The notes under the pieces are model-generated. The model made no database searches. It was given only the letters and a program-made list of their open reading frames with translations, and was not told the origin of the DNA. A stretch of DNA of 63,910 nt, counting the filler, from Sphacelaria rigidula (lineage: Eukaryota): NCBI GenBank assembly GCA_964200075.2. It is 10 parts of 10 records of this genome, joined end to end, with 100 filler letters (N's around TTAATTAATTAA, not from the genome) between each part and the next. Parts side by side here need not be neighbours in the genome. Positions count along the whole stretch, not along the records: positions 6,403 to 12,704 come from CAXNAA020020917.1; positions 12,805 to 19,105 come from CAXNAA020020918.1; positions 19,206 to 25,506 come from CAXNAA020020919.1; 7 more parts are not named here. One strand, 5' to 3'. Both the position numbers and the translations under genes were made by a program. Positions 12,250 to 24,559 of this stretch are shown one piece after another. The first letter of the stretch is position 1, and every line of letters starts with the position of its first letter.

Positions 12250-12609
12250 ACCACCCATCAGGTCAAGATACGAACCTTGAATCGAAGACGCCATCGTTGC
12301 GAGGGCTCGGGAGATTCTCGACAACGGTGACGTGATTTAGCCGTTGAGGTTTCACCGCGATTCGTATGCTGCCATCTTCCTTAGGGACGGCCACTGACGG
12401 CGAAGAGCAACGCCCAAGGGGGTGAATGTCGTATCAAGCCGGCTCCTAAGCATGCATCCAGTATCGTGTTCACGTCTTTGGTAAGGACTGATTTTTCCCG
12501 ATATGGTCTTGAAGAGATGGGCGTTGTGCGGCGTTCGAGCTTTAGCTCGAAGGGAAGCGTCTTGCAGTGCCCCAAACCGGGTTGAATATTAGAAAACAGA
12601 TCTTGATAC
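12250..12609 (-). pseudogene. Degenerate Ty3/Gypsy reverse transcriptase N-terminal fragment
   Basis: PISSRPYR...VNTILDACLGAGLIRHS.PW, then after a frameshift VPKEDGSIRIAV...RLN. This matches the Gypsy RT P(I)xxRPYR / SPW / PKKDGxxR motifs. Confidence 0.75.
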
Positions 12610-12704
12610 GAGTGATGCCACGATAGGGAAGGGCGGGGTACTCATGATCTTGCATGCCATAGTCATGAGACCATTGACCTCGCATCCCTACAAAGCCGGG
12701 ACAG
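12610..12704. mobile_element. One end of a GAG-TIR (Sola-like) element, abutting the Gypsy fragment
   Basis: Terminus GAGTGATGCCACGATAGGG followed by the family subterminal sequence; truncated by the contig end. Confidence 0.65.
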
Positions 12705-12804
12705 NNNNNNNNNNNNNNNNNNNNNNNNNNNNNNNNNNNNNNNNNNNNTTAATTAATTAANNNNNNNNNNNNNNNNNNNNNNNNNNNNNNNNNNNNNNNN
12801 NNNN
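12705..12804. other. Artificial contig linker
   Basis: N44-TTAATTAATTAA-N44. Confidence 0.98.
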
Positions 12805-12873
12805 ACCCACATACACCGAAAGGTGTATACTGGTGCCCAGAATAAATGGGACGACAACACACACACACACACA
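12805..12873 (+). mobile_element. 3' fragment of tRNA-derived SINE
   Basis: CCGAAAGGTGT..ACTGGTGCCCAGAATAAATGGGACGACAA(CA)n. Confidence 0.75.
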
Positions 12874-13090
12874 CATGAGGACTACTGTACACGAAGCTCT
12901 CCACCACAACCCGCTGGCAAAAAAGGACCACGCGGGTGAAACAACTGAATGGTTGTGTTACTGTCCAATATTTTGATGCTCGGAGGCGAACTTGCAACAC
13001 TGCACCAGCCAGGCGTTAACTCGTGTGTGGTATTGTAATGCTGTATTGTATATGCTCACCGTGAGCGATGCCCATACTCGCATGTGTCAG

Positions 13091-16087
13091 GGCAACTATT
13101 TGCAAGCGCTGGAGTGCATGGAGCGAGGGCTAGTTCTCCGGCAACACTTCTTCGGCAGCGACAGCGAAGAAGTATGGTGCGCGTGCAAGATCGTCGGCGA
13201 GATGTGCAACCTCCTGGCCATGACCTATCTGCAGCAGGAGGACTTCAACATGGTGCTTGAGCTTCTCAAGAAAGCGGAGATTCTCACGGAGAGGGATAAG
13301 GCCGGGCGAGCGGTAACCTACAATAACCTCGCCTGCTACTATCGAAGACGAGGAAAACTGCATGCCGCGCTGCAGTACCTCCAAAAAGCGCTAAAAATGG
13401 AGGCGAAAATGGTGAGTCGATCCATCACGTATGCGGCTGGAACAAGTCTTCCCCCGTAATTCGGCACGGTAGTTCTTTCTGTCCCTTCACTGCTCGTTTT
13501 GTCGTGCTGTATCATGCAGTCTGTGGGCAGTTGGAAGGAACTGGACCCCTAAACGAAGCAGTGATTGGGGAATATGCCGATAGATCATCGCAGGTTGATG
13601 AGAGAAAATCACGCCGAGAGTGAATTGTTTGCGGGGGGTATTCAGAGCTTTCTGGCTACTATTTAGTAGCCTTTTTGTGTAGATGGGTGTTCTTCTATGA
13701 GCTGAGGCATCTCTCATGCCAAAAGACACATACTCGAGTCAGACCATGTCAATTCCATGTGCGTTTCTCAGCATTCTGTCGTACCTACTCAAAACTGCCA
13801 TTAGCGATCTACCCGCTATGAGTTCCGTCTGAACACGCGTAAGGAACCTCTTCCTGTTCTAAGTCTAGCGGTTGATGATTGTAAGTAGAGGTTTGCAGCA
13901 GGTGGAGAAATCAAATGCCAGACCCAGTCAGCCTTTCCAGTCTCCGTCCAATTTTCGGCCGGCACGTTTTCCACGCTGCTTTCCCCTCTGACCCCCGCTT
14001 GGTACCCCTTTTTCCCTTCCCCTGCCTCACCACTTCGCGACTGATGCGAACCGGGCATCAGGGATCCCGTGTGGAACATCCTGCAGATACACACCTCAAC
14101 ATTTGCGCAGTGTTGTCACAAATTGGGCGGCACCAGGGTGCCCTAGAGCACGCTCAATCAGCGCTTATCCTTTTACAAGAAGAGTTGTTTGCGGGGGGTG
14201 GCGGAGCTGCACGTGATACCGCCGACGTCGACAGCGGTGGCAATCAGCCTCCGCGTGCTGACCGAATCGCTGTTTTGTCGATCGCATACCATAACATGGG
14301 CGTGGAGCAAGAATTCCTGAAAAAGTTCGAACATAGCTTGCAATCTTACCGGAAAGGCGTCGAGGTAGGTGGCGTGTGTTGCGTATGTGGCTCATCTTCG
14401 CAGTTGTGTTCCCGGCCGAGTTATGGTCATGACCTACTTTCAGTGTCCCTTGTCAACACGCCGAATAGCCCGTTCCGCTTTGTGCATGACCAGGCCGCCA
14501 CGATCGATATTGTCCTCATTGTGTAGCAATTGCCGTGGTGGCACCAGCTCAAATTCTATGTCCGCCTCGAGTACGACCGTTTTCACTAGATTGGAGGTTC
14601 TCTCCCCTTCAGCTATGTAAGGTTTATCTCCACTGCTTGTGGGTCAGGCCTGGACGGAGGAAAAGCGTCGGCAAGACGAGAGTATAAACAACACCGTACA
14701 TGCCACTAACTCTCGGCATCACAGCCACCACACACTCGCTTCGAGACTCGTTCTGATATTTGTCTCCGCGAGTCACAATTATCAATGGCTACGCTTTTCA
14801 ACAAACGCCAACGCACCATGTACATACTCCACGCTCATATATCACACGCGTCGTTCAGCTCGAACGTCTGCTCAAGTAACGGCACGCGGCCGTCGAAATC
14901 GTACCTCCGCTGAATCCTATTGGCAATCGTTGAACTCTCCGCGAAACTCGCGCGCACGTTTGTTGCCGCTGAGCATAAACAACGCCCATGATGGGTGCAC
15001 TCACAGTGGTATCTATTTACCAACTCCGCACCGAAGCGTGGTCCCCGCCTTACACCCTAGAGTTAACAGTAACGGGAAATCGGTGCTCTCAGCAAACATA
15101 CGCCCGTTTCGCTTCCTGACGGGTGGCCTCGTGCACCCCAAAACATGACTTCAGGTTGCTCAGAAATATCTGGGAGGAAACCACGCGGTAACCGTTACCC
15201 TACGTAACTCGACCATGGCGGCAAGACGGGCAATAAGCGCGCGAGATAGCAAGATTAGACAAGAGCTTACCCGTCGCAATAACCAGAGGCCGCGAGGAGG
15301 AGGTGTGGGGATGGGGATTCGACCGAAACTGAAATCCACTGTGGGAACAGGGGTGCTGAGCAAGGCTCTTGTTGCAAGGTATGTCGAAGAGGAAATTTTG
15401 TCGCGTGTGAACAAGTATTGTGTGCACGTTTCGATACTGGGTGCCGATCGCATGCAAAATCCATTCGTATGACTCCGTACATACTTTTCCCTGCGGCTCA
15501 CTTTTACAACAGCACGAGCAAGAGTCAATCTCTTGAGTGTGTAGGACAAAGTTGCTCCAAAGCTAGTTCGAGTCTAGGTTTTTCTGGGAACTTCGCGAAA
15601 GCCTTCTCGGAACACCGCTGGCGGCGTGAAAAATGTCTGTGCCTATCGAAAACGCACGCACCCGCTGGCAGTCTCGTACACGCTTCAAGGCTGGGTCTGA
15701 AACCTTCGGGACGACCAGCTCGCCCTTGCTGCCCGTATCTTGCGAATCACTTGCTGCTTCTTGGTATGCACCTCCAGCACTTCGTCAACAATAGCAGAAA
15801 ATTCCGGCGAGTATGCTGCGGACGAGGATGAAAGAGACAACGAGGAAGACCGTGCAGACCGAATGACCAGAGGTCTGATGAAACACACGTCCCTGCAGCC
15901 TTCCCCGCCTCCTGGGAGCGAAGCTAACTGTCGTACGATGTCGGAGGACGGCGGCCATCCGCATGACGGGCACGACGCCACAACGGAGGGGCACATCATT
16001 GGGGCTGATTCCGCGCTCGGTGGAATGATAACGCCTCGACCAGGAGGGCAGAATGCTGTTGGTAACCCCGTTGAGAGGGATGAGTGA
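13091..16087 (+). CDS. Tetratricopeptide-repeat protein, last four exons (13091-13411, 14062-14364, 15155-15378, 15778-16087); 5' exon(s) missing
   Basis: TPR motifs GNYLQALECMERGL, AVTYNNLACYYRRRGKLHAALQYLQKAL, ADTHLNICAVLSQIGRHQGALEHAQSAL and SIAYHNMGVEQEFLKKFEHSLQSYRKG. Introns are canonical GT/AG with consistent phases (0, 0, 2). Low-complexity C-terminus ends at TGA. Confidence 0.88.
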
Positions 16088-16373
16088 TGGGGAAAACGAG
16101 GGTCCGTCCGCGTTCAATGAAAGAAAAGGGAGATGCCGGGAAGATACGGTGCGATCGACAGACCGAAGTAGCATAAGTGGCTGGCTACTCCAGGGTACTT
16201 GGAATACAAGAACTCGATGCCATGACAATAAATGCCTGACGTAGCAACGCTGATTGGCACGTTGAGGTACGCGTCGATCAAATACATGTTGAGTATGGGT
16301 GTCGCCGTCGGCTCACGGTGGCGACCACCCCATTCGCAAGAAATGAGTGGAGGTGTGCACCTGTAAAGGAAAG

Positions 16374-17610
16374 ACCGGTTGAAACCGGTTCTTGGAAACC
16401 CCAGTGGGCGTTATACGGTTACGGTTCTGAAATAAAAAAATCGGAGTTTTTTTCGGTTAAAACGGTTCACCGGAGAACCGGTTTAACCCGCAAAAGCAGG
16501 CGTTATTATGGCGGTTTAACCGTTTTCTCCGGGGAACCGGTTGAACCGGTTCATTTCCGGAGTTTGAAGTTGGTAGCGAAAGCGTGACATACGACACGTC
16601 ACACGCTACACGTCACACGCTACACGTCACCCTTACACATAGAGTCAGACTGCGCGTTTTTGAGGCAAACGGAGTAGGCGTGAACTTTTGTTTACTCTGA
16701 AGATCTGCTTTAGTTTTTTCTCGTTGGATACGATAATGATGTTGGTGTTTCTTCCTGACAAAAGTTGATGCGATGTCCTGTCGCCTATCGCTGTTGTACG
16801 ATTATTGCGTCATCGTTCATTCTGTAGGGCGAAATTGCCGAGGGAGAGGGTGTTTTTGCGCGGTTTGGCGTGGTTTGCAGCGTCTAGTGTGGGTTTTGCG
16901 TTGTTCGCTGTTTTGTTATTTTTCGACACAGCAGCGGTGCGCTTTTTTCACAACAATGATCGGGACAGGCTCGATCGATCGAAAATTCCGAAGATTCAAA
17001 ATTTGTGCTGAAAAAAATGCAGGACCCCTGATGACCGGTCAGTCCATAAGTCACTTAATGTTGAGTACAAATGACTTTTGTTTTCATTAAGTGCGGAGCG
17101 GGTACAAGTATCTTCGGATCTCCAATGTGATGGGCGGTGACAAGCGAAAGAGCCTGGGAAAATCGCCAGTGAAGAAATTAGAAAAATAACATTTCGGGTG
17201 CTTCCCATCTACTACGGAGTAAAGTTTTTCTTTTGGACTTTCGACACCTTGTGTTGGCTACGGTTGAGTGCCAGATTTGAATAGCAGGTGTTCAAGTAAT
17301 AATCAAGTTATCACCAACACCATTTCCTATCACGCATTAAAATCTTTTCACCAGTCACCAGGCACCGTGCTGTAAAGTTGGATAGGTGTGGCACGGGTGC
17401 GTAATGCGGAGGTGTGAGGTTGAACCTTTCCGTCACCGGTAATGGGTTTATTTGAGCGTATCCATCACCCACCACACACGAAACATACGATAAAAACGCC
17501 TAGTTCATCTGCGCTGCAATGATTTGGAGGCATTTTCCCTTGCTTATCAGGTTGAACCGGTTTCCCGGTGAACCGATCAAACCGGCTGGAACAAAATCGG
17601 TTTCAGCTGT
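16374..17610. mobile_element. Candidate non-autonomous DNA transposon with ACCGGTT subterminal motif clusters
   Basis: Dense AACCGGTT/ACCGGT motifs at 16374-16555 and 17550-17600. Internal ~16950-17180 matches the reverse complement of ~55135-55375 in another contig. Termini not resolved. Confidence 0.5.
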
Positions 17611-18414
17611 TTTTTGTTGTTCCTTTGAGGCCCCAGGCCGAAAAGGGTTCTACTAGACCGAAGTTCAAAAAGTGCCGTCCCTCTCTATGGATTACGCACT
17701 TTTTTCCTCCGAATGGATTCGGAGCCGCGCTGCGCGAAAAAACCATCCTGTCGCTCTTCTATCATCAATCGAGACGCCCTCAACAAGTTTTAGCTTCATT
17801 GGTGCTCATGGCGTTGTGTATGGCTTCTATCTGTGAGCGTTCTTAAGGATAGCCCAACTCGACCCCTCTTGACCAGCGCTGGTCTCGATTGAAATTCTCA
17901 GACTTGACTGTCGCAACTTCAAACGAGGCACTTTTGGAGGTTGGAGGCATCACACGCAGCAACCAGCTCTCCGAATCACTTTAAAGACCCTCAAGAAGGT
18001 TCAGCTTCATCGCTGCTTTCTTCTTTGTCTTCGCTTGTGCGTGCCGACGCCGTCCGTGGCTGAGATGGGAGGGGGTGTTAAAGTACGTGATCTGATTGAT
18101 TCGAACTACTCCCCGTGTGTCGACTGTCGACAAACGCTGAACGTACGGGCGCTTCTGGTCGCAACGTCCGCGAGCGGCGGAGACGTATCTCGGCTTCCAC
18201 GGTGACACGTGGAGACTGTACAGGCGCGACCTTGCACTGCTGAACTTTCTGTGCTTGAAGAGCTGCGCTTCGTACGAGGTTTGATAAGCGGGTAAGAAGT
18301 GTTGACGCCGTATCCTGGTGCGATCGTAATTTTATGCTGCGCTGCTGTCTGTGTATGTTGTCGACCCATCTTTTCTGGGGGCTGGCATCAAGGCACATAT
18401 GTTCGAACTTCGTG

Positions 18415-18507
18415 TAGTGTGTGTGTTGTGTGTTGTCATCCCATCTATTCTGGACGCTGGTCTACACCTTACGGTATATGTGGGCGCATCAGCCGGGGTC
18501 ACACAGA
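18415..18507 (-). mobile_element. 3' fragment of tRNA-derived SINE
   Basis: Reverse complement of CTGTGTGACCCCGGCTGATGCGCCCACATATACCG...CAGAATAGATGGGATGACAACAC. Confidence 0.75.
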
Positions 18508-19105
18508 ACAATGTTTTCGTGAGATTGAGAGTAGATGATACGATTGAGAGTAGGCTTGATGGCTATCATTGGCGGGGAGTGTCTGCATCATTAATGGACA
18601 AAACGCTTACCTCGCACATTGGTGCACAATCCTGCCGGTAAATCCAACAGTGTTTCCGTGAAATCGAGCGTTGAAAGTATGATCGAGAGTGACGTTTTTT
18701 TCATAACATGTCTCAAAGCGCCGGTTCCGATGATGAAACGAAACGTTTACATGTGTAGCATGTTGGAACATTCCCGCCACCCGTTTCCTGAATGAAATGG
18801 CAGAATAACGTTGGACAATGTTGCGCCCTGGCCCACAGGCGCGCATTTGTGGAAGAATGCACCGTTCAAGAAGTCTCCAGAGTAGTGAGTCGTGCGGTTC
18901 GAGTGTAAGATACGATTTAGCCAGGTTGTGCCCGAATTCATTCGCAAATGCAGTTGATGCCACCATTCGTGTGGACTCGGGGCTCGTGGATATCTTGAAA
19001 TCACGTTTCTGTTGAAAACTTTCGCCGCAGTTTCCGTCGTTGTTTTTGAAAGCGCAAGTCATCGCGTGTGATATGACTGCTGATATCCCGCCTTTTCGTG
19101 CCGAG

Positions 19106-19205
19106 NNNNNNNNNNNNNNNNNNNNNNNNNNNNNNNNNNNNNNNNNNNNTTAATTAATTAANNNNNNNNNNNNNNNNNNNNNNNNNNNNNNNNNNNNNNN
19201 NNNNN
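19106..19205. other. Artificial contig linker
   Basis: N44-TTAATTAATTAA-N44. Confidence 0.98.
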
Positions 19206-19918
19206 TGGTGATGCGTTCTTCTTTTCTGTACCTTTTTTCCCTCCCTCCCCCCCCCCCCCCCCATTTTGTCCTGTGACTATGGTATTCATGGCCATGAGTA
19301 CACCCCCCCCGAGCGGGGAATGATGGTGAGACATCCATGAGGTAGTGTGTAACCCGTGGCTGTGGAAGTGTCGATACCAGAAAATGAAGCGAGTCATTGG
19401 AGACTGCCGTCCATATGCAAAATAATCAGTACGCTTCAGGGCGAACAATCTTAGCAGGGTGCAGCTCACCCGTCATGCGACTCGCCGAACACACCATGGC
19501 GCTTCGCGCTTGGTGGTTGATTGCTAGCCTGTTGCGACGAAAACCCGGCGTGCTCCCTCCCGGCTTTGTAGGGATGAGGGGTTCAAATATCATGTCTACG
19601 GCATGCGAGATCATGAGTACACCTCTCGGTCCTACTACTGAAGCACCAGTCACTTATTGGTGTCATTATTGGCATGTATATTAGTACCAGTATAATTAGC
19701 ATTACTCATATTGTTATCATCAGTAGTATGGTAGTATGATGATTGGTACTGTTATTAGTTTTGTCATGATTATTATCGTTATGATCACTTTTATCCCCAT
19801 TGAACTCGGGGGAGCTCCTTCTCACATTTTTTGAAGGCGTCTCTCTTCTTACTTTAATTTTTGGTAATATGTCTTGGAAANNNNNNNNNNGGTATTGGAA
19901 GGGCGAGCCCACGTCTGC

Positions 19919-19995
19919 GACCACGGGTTCGCGAGATCGGACTAATGTGCGGAAATTAAAATAATCATTATCTTCATCGTCATCGTCATCATTAT
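19919..19995 (+). repeat. Retroposon-like 3' end with degenerate trinucleotide tail
   Basis: GACCACGGGTTCGCGAGATCGGACTAATGTGCGG is identical to 23852, where it is followed by (AAT/AGT)n. Confidence 0.6.
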
Positions 19996-20024
19996 TTTTA
20001 TTTGTTATTATTTTTGTCACAATA

Positions 20025-21266
20025 CAGTAGAGGTCCCGGTTTAGCGGTTGGTCTCGTTTCAGCGGTTCAAGGTTTGGCTGGCACCGTTTTACCCCGGGTT
20101 AGCGGTTGTATCACCACTTAACCGGACGGTTGCCTGTTTCACGGTTATTTAGGGCGGTTTCAGCTGGGAGAGCGGTTGCGTGCCCCAAAATACAGCGGAC
20201 GTGCAGTAGCAGATGCGGAGCTCCTGCTACTCTAAACACACGACACAGCTGCTGTGAACACACAGCACACACAGCTGCTGTAAACACACTCAAGTCCTTT
20301 CTCGCAGCGTACGCCTCTCGACCAGCAAGACAAATGGACATCAGGGTCATGTTTTCCAAGTCGTAGTCGATACTGCTCCTCACCCGATGCACGAGATTTT
20401 TTTGAACATCTTGTTCTGTTTTGTTTTGCCAAAGTGTAACTCCATGGTCATGCTCCAAGTCGCACACCGCGCTCTTTTGTGCCCCGTGTTAGCAAGAAGA
20501 CATGTGGTACCGTAAGGTAGAAGGGGGTCTCCAGCAGTTGTAGGGTACACACGTATCGGGATTGTGAAATGGTGTTAGCCAGGTGAGGGGGAGGGGGGGG
20601 GGGGGGGGGTGGGTTTTTTTTTTGTCTTGGTGTGCTGACAATTGGGACNNNNNNNNNNGAGTATCGTCGAGTGGGATGTGTTGTAGGGGGATGATGGAGA
20701 GCGGATTATGGCGGTCAGCTATCTGGGTTTGGTGACTCATTTGTTGCTTGCCTTGGTCGCTTGACAATTGGCCACGCATCTCTTTCGAGACAGAGCATCG
20801 CTCCTACTCGTAATAGAGACACTTCCAACATTCCAGCGCTCATTACGTTTCTTCCATACATGACACAAAAACCTTTTACATAAAGCCAGGTGGGGGGCGG
20901 CCTACAGTCCTTTTCAAGATTTTTTTACTCCCAGATATACGTTTTGGTCTACATTCGCAGTCTCTTGTGCACTATCGCAGCTGTAGTCGTACAAATGGTT
21001 CTACTGCTGTAATACTGCACTGCTGTAGACAGCAGCCACACATGACGCTATCGAGATTACATGTTATCAAACGCAGCGCTGCTCTTATGCTGAGTTGACG
21101 TTTTTTCCCCCGGTTTAGCGGTTGGAACCGCCAAATCAGGACCCGGAATAGCGTTTAAGAACCGCTAGACCGGTTTACCGGTTGGTCCCAGTTTACCGGT
21201 TGGTCCCGGTTTACCGGTTATTTCCTGTCTTGAAACTAGGGACCGCTAAACCGTGACCTCCTACCG
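20025..21266. mobile_element. Non-autonomous TIR element with CCGGTTT/GCGGTT subterminal arrays
   Basis: Left CAGTAG-AGGTCCCGGTTTAGCGGT matches the right-end reverse complement CGGTAGGAGGTCACGGTTTAGCGGT. (A/G)CCGGTT motifs repeat inside both ends. TSD not clear. Confidence 0.7.
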
Positions 21267-21769
21267 CAACCCGATCTCTCGACCCCGAGGTTACACACTT
21301 CATGAGCCCCCTTACAAGATGAGCCTTATCTACGAGAGTGGTACCCCCCTTCCCCACCAGACTCAGATTCAATCCTTGCTGTGTTACAGTTCTCTCCGGT
21401 ACGTGCGATATGACACCCCTTATCCCTGTAACAGGTCTCAAAGTGGTGTGCAGTTGGGTGTGCTTTTCAACGTCACGCTAAGTCTGTGTCTTTCAAGCAC
21501 GCGTCTTTTTTTCTCACTTCAGTTTTCACCGGTCACGCAGAGATCAAAGAAGGATGAAAATCCCCCTGAGCCTTTTTTTTCACCTCCATTTGTACGTGAA
21601 GAAAGCAAAAACCTCATTCGTTTGTTTTGTTTTATTTTATTTTATTTTTCAATTAAAATTACGTAGTTTTTGGGCTACTTTTGTAGCCGCGCTCCTTCCG
21701 TTGTCATTTTCCATTTTTAAGAAGTCTACGGGCTGGTTCACGTTTATCACCCAAAAAACACTCATCGGC

Positions 21770-22035
21770 AAAACCTCACGCCGTTTTAAGGAGTCAAGAC
21801 CCTGAAATTTTGCACGAATGTTCTATGAGTAATTACGCAACTCTCGAAGGTCGACGTTTTTTTTTCTACATTTTTACTTATTTCACCATTTACCGGGGGT
21901 CCCAGTTTCGTGGGGGAAACCTCGACCCAATGGGACCCCCGGAAAACGGCAAAAAAAACCCCACGTCCATCCAAAGTTGCGTAATAGTTGTGCAAAATTT
22001 CAGGGTCTAACTCCTCAGAACGGCGTGAGGTTTTT
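21770..22035. repeat. Inverted repeat of a ~90-bp module, with a third diverged copy at ~22345-22430
   Basis: AAAACCTCACGCCGTT..AGGAGT.AGACCCTGAAATTTTGCAC...TTACGCAACT pairs with AGTTGCGTAA..GTGCAAAATTTCAGGGTCT.ACTCCT..AACGGCGTGAGGTTTT. Confidence 0.8.
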
Positions 22036-22716
22036 GGCTCTTGTGCGATGAAGTTTGCCGTAGCGCGGTACAACCGCAACTTACTTGATTTCAGTACTAA
22101 AACGGCGTTTTTGGGCCTTCTTCGACGTGAACATGGAAATTCAAGCATCAGTTGATCGAGCTTTGCGACGAAAATTTGTGGAGCCCATCCTTGGGTTATG
22201 CGGAGGCAGATAGTTCGCGTAAAAATGGAAAAATATCGTAGTGCCGTTTTTCTGGGGTCCCAGAATGGAAACTACTTCAAAAAACGACTTCGATCCCGTA
22301 GGATCCCCGAAAAACGGTGAAAAAATCAAGAATTACGAAAAACATCGTCCGTAGCAAGTTGCGTAGTGATACATAGCATATTTATGCAAAGTTTCAGGAT
22401 CTGACTCCTAATGACAGCGTGAAAGTTTGCGCGTTTGTGGAGGACGTGGGCTCGAAACGTGCAACTCCTAACTTCTTGGTTTTAGTATCGAAACGTCTTT
22501 TGGAGTGAGTTTGACGAAAAGGCAAAAAAAAAATGTATGAGATTTTCGAGTTTCTCCACAACACTTTGTTCATGCGTTCGTTGGACTCTTCCGGGACGCA
22601 TCATTTCATCATCTTTCTGTTCGGGCATTCTGTACCGCCTTCCGAGGGTCTTCATGCTGGGACCCCCGGAAGCCGGTAGATAACGGATAAAACATGAAAT
22701 ATTGTCATAAATACAT

Positions 22717-22882
22717 TGTTTCGGTGATGTCGGGTATCAATACCTACGGAACTGCCGAGTTTGAGGGCGATCTGAGCTTTTCTACAACAAGTAGAGGGGA
22801 CAAGGTCACGAGGCTCCCTGGGTCTTTCGTGCGTATTATTAGTGGAAATTAGGCGACGCCGACACCCGACATCACCAAAACA
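22717..22882. repeat. 22-bp inverted repeat pair (small MITE candidate)
   Basis: TGTTTCGGTGATGTCGGGTATC / GACACCCGACATCACCAAAACA, 2 mismatches. Confidence 0.6.
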
Positions 22883-23347
22883 TCACGGTTTCGGGTATAA
22901 TTCGACCCCCGTAGTAATCATTTTAAAAATATGATTTTCTCGTTAGATTCCCGTGTCGATGACGGTAACTACGATTTGAAGCATGTACAGATTGGGTGAA
23001 AGTTGCGCTTAGAAATTGATTTCAATCTCGGAATAGTTTGAAGGGCGCTGATTGGCTGGGACACATTTCCGTCCATAGCGCCACCGCCACGGCCTTGAAC
23101 AAAAATCCAGATATGTCACCCTCTTCGTCTCTTCATTGCGGTCAGTATGATACTATATATGCGACTATTGGGTGCGTATTGCGGAAGGCATTTGCTTATG
23201 ACACAATTTTGGGTGATCACCGTGAACCAGCCTGTATATGTGTATACATACGCGTTTTTTTTGTATGAACCGGAGTGCCGTTGAGAGTTGCATTTCCCTC
23301 TTGTTGTTGGTGTTGGCATGCATGCTGTTTTTTCTCGTGTGGATCAG

Positions 23348-23464
23348 TTGGCGACCCAGGAAGGGTATGACCTTTCCGCCATTACGGGCACGGGACCCGG
23401 CGGTAGGATTATCGCCGCCGATGTCAAGGAGTTCGTCCCAGCAACGGCCGACGCAACGGCACAG
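23348..23464 (+). CDS. Internal exon of a dihydrolipoamide acyltransferase (E2, probably pyruvate dehydrogenase): peripheral subunit (E3)-binding domain
   Basis: LATQEGYDLSAITGTGPGGRIIAADVKEF matches the E3-binding consensus LAxExGxDLxxIxGTGPxGRIxxxDV. CAG acceptor, GTGAGG donor, 39 codons, phase 0. Confidence 0.88.
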
Positions 23465-23851
23465 GTGAGGGAGAGGAATACAGAGAGAGATTTACAAGAA
23501 GATATTTCGTGGTTGTATTCTTTTTTTTTTTTGTCAAAATTTCTGTGATGCTTTAAAGCCGTCGCATTCCTCGGGGCGTGTCGGTAGTCTCGAAGTCTCA
23601 AAAAACGATAATCACCCCGCCCGTCTGTTTTTCGTTTTGTGTGGTCTCTTGGCGTGTGTATGTGTGTGTTTTTTTATTTATTCTTGCTCCTTGTTTATTT
23701 TATTTTTTTCAGTTTTGTTATTTCTCCGTTTCTGTCTTTATTTCATCTTGCTTGCTTCCTTTATCCTTTACTTTATCGAGTTTATCCTCAAGCGAGCCAT
23801 TCCGCTTTTTATTCATACCTCGGTTGGTACGTTTGTATACCTTATGGCTGT

Positions 23852-23942
23852 GACCACGGGTTCGCGAGATCGGACTAATGTGCGGGAATAATAATAGTAA
23901 TAGTAATAGTAATAGTAATAATAATAATAATGATAATAATAT
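23852..23942 (+). repeat. Retroposon-like 3' end with (AAT/AGT)n tail
   Basis: Same 34-mer as at 19919, followed by a microsatellite tail. Confidence 0.65.
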
Positions 23943-24359
23943 TAGCCAATGCTGTCTGCAGCTGTCTAAAATTTTGTTGTCGGGTGTTGGACCGGCACTA
24001 CCGCAGCCCGTCCACTTCCGTCGAACTTTCGTCAACTCACGTTCTCACCGCTTCTCCAGCGCAGAAAACAGTAATACATTTGTTACCATACCGTCGGGGT
24101 TCGAGTCCACGTATCCGGCTAAGCTGGGCGGTGATGTACCAGTGCGACCACCCGAGAGCGGCGGACAAAAATTCTGAACCTGCCGGAGTTTTTGAACGTT
24201 TGGGTCATAAGGAGGCATGTGCAAAACGTCTTGATGACTGTAGTATAGGTTGTCCTGTAGTGTAGGTTGTCCTGTAGTGTCTGCAGAAGAAATCGTGGAC
24301 CTCATGATGAAAATTCGACCGATTTTCTCCCCCACAAACTTTGCTTGCATGGAAGCTTG

Positions 24360-24559
24360 CTAGGGCAGGTCGAGTAGAGTATACTCAATTGCTGGGTATT
24401 TTGAAAGGTGTACTTGAAGTACACAAGTCGGTGTAGGGTTTTGAGGACCGCTTTCCAGTTATTTTTTGGGTAACTGTTATGTGTACCCCATTTTCGGTAC
24501 TTGGAGTTTGACTTCCGAAATACCCCCCAATTGACTTTACCCTACTCGACCTGCCCTTG
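24360..24559. mobile_element. hAT-like MITE (200 bp)
   Basis: TIRs CTAGGGCAGGTCGAGTAG / CTACTCGACCTGCCCTTG. Perfect 8-bp TSD GAAGCTTG (24352-24359, 24560-24567). Relatives at 44232-44424 and 58429. Confidence 0.9.
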
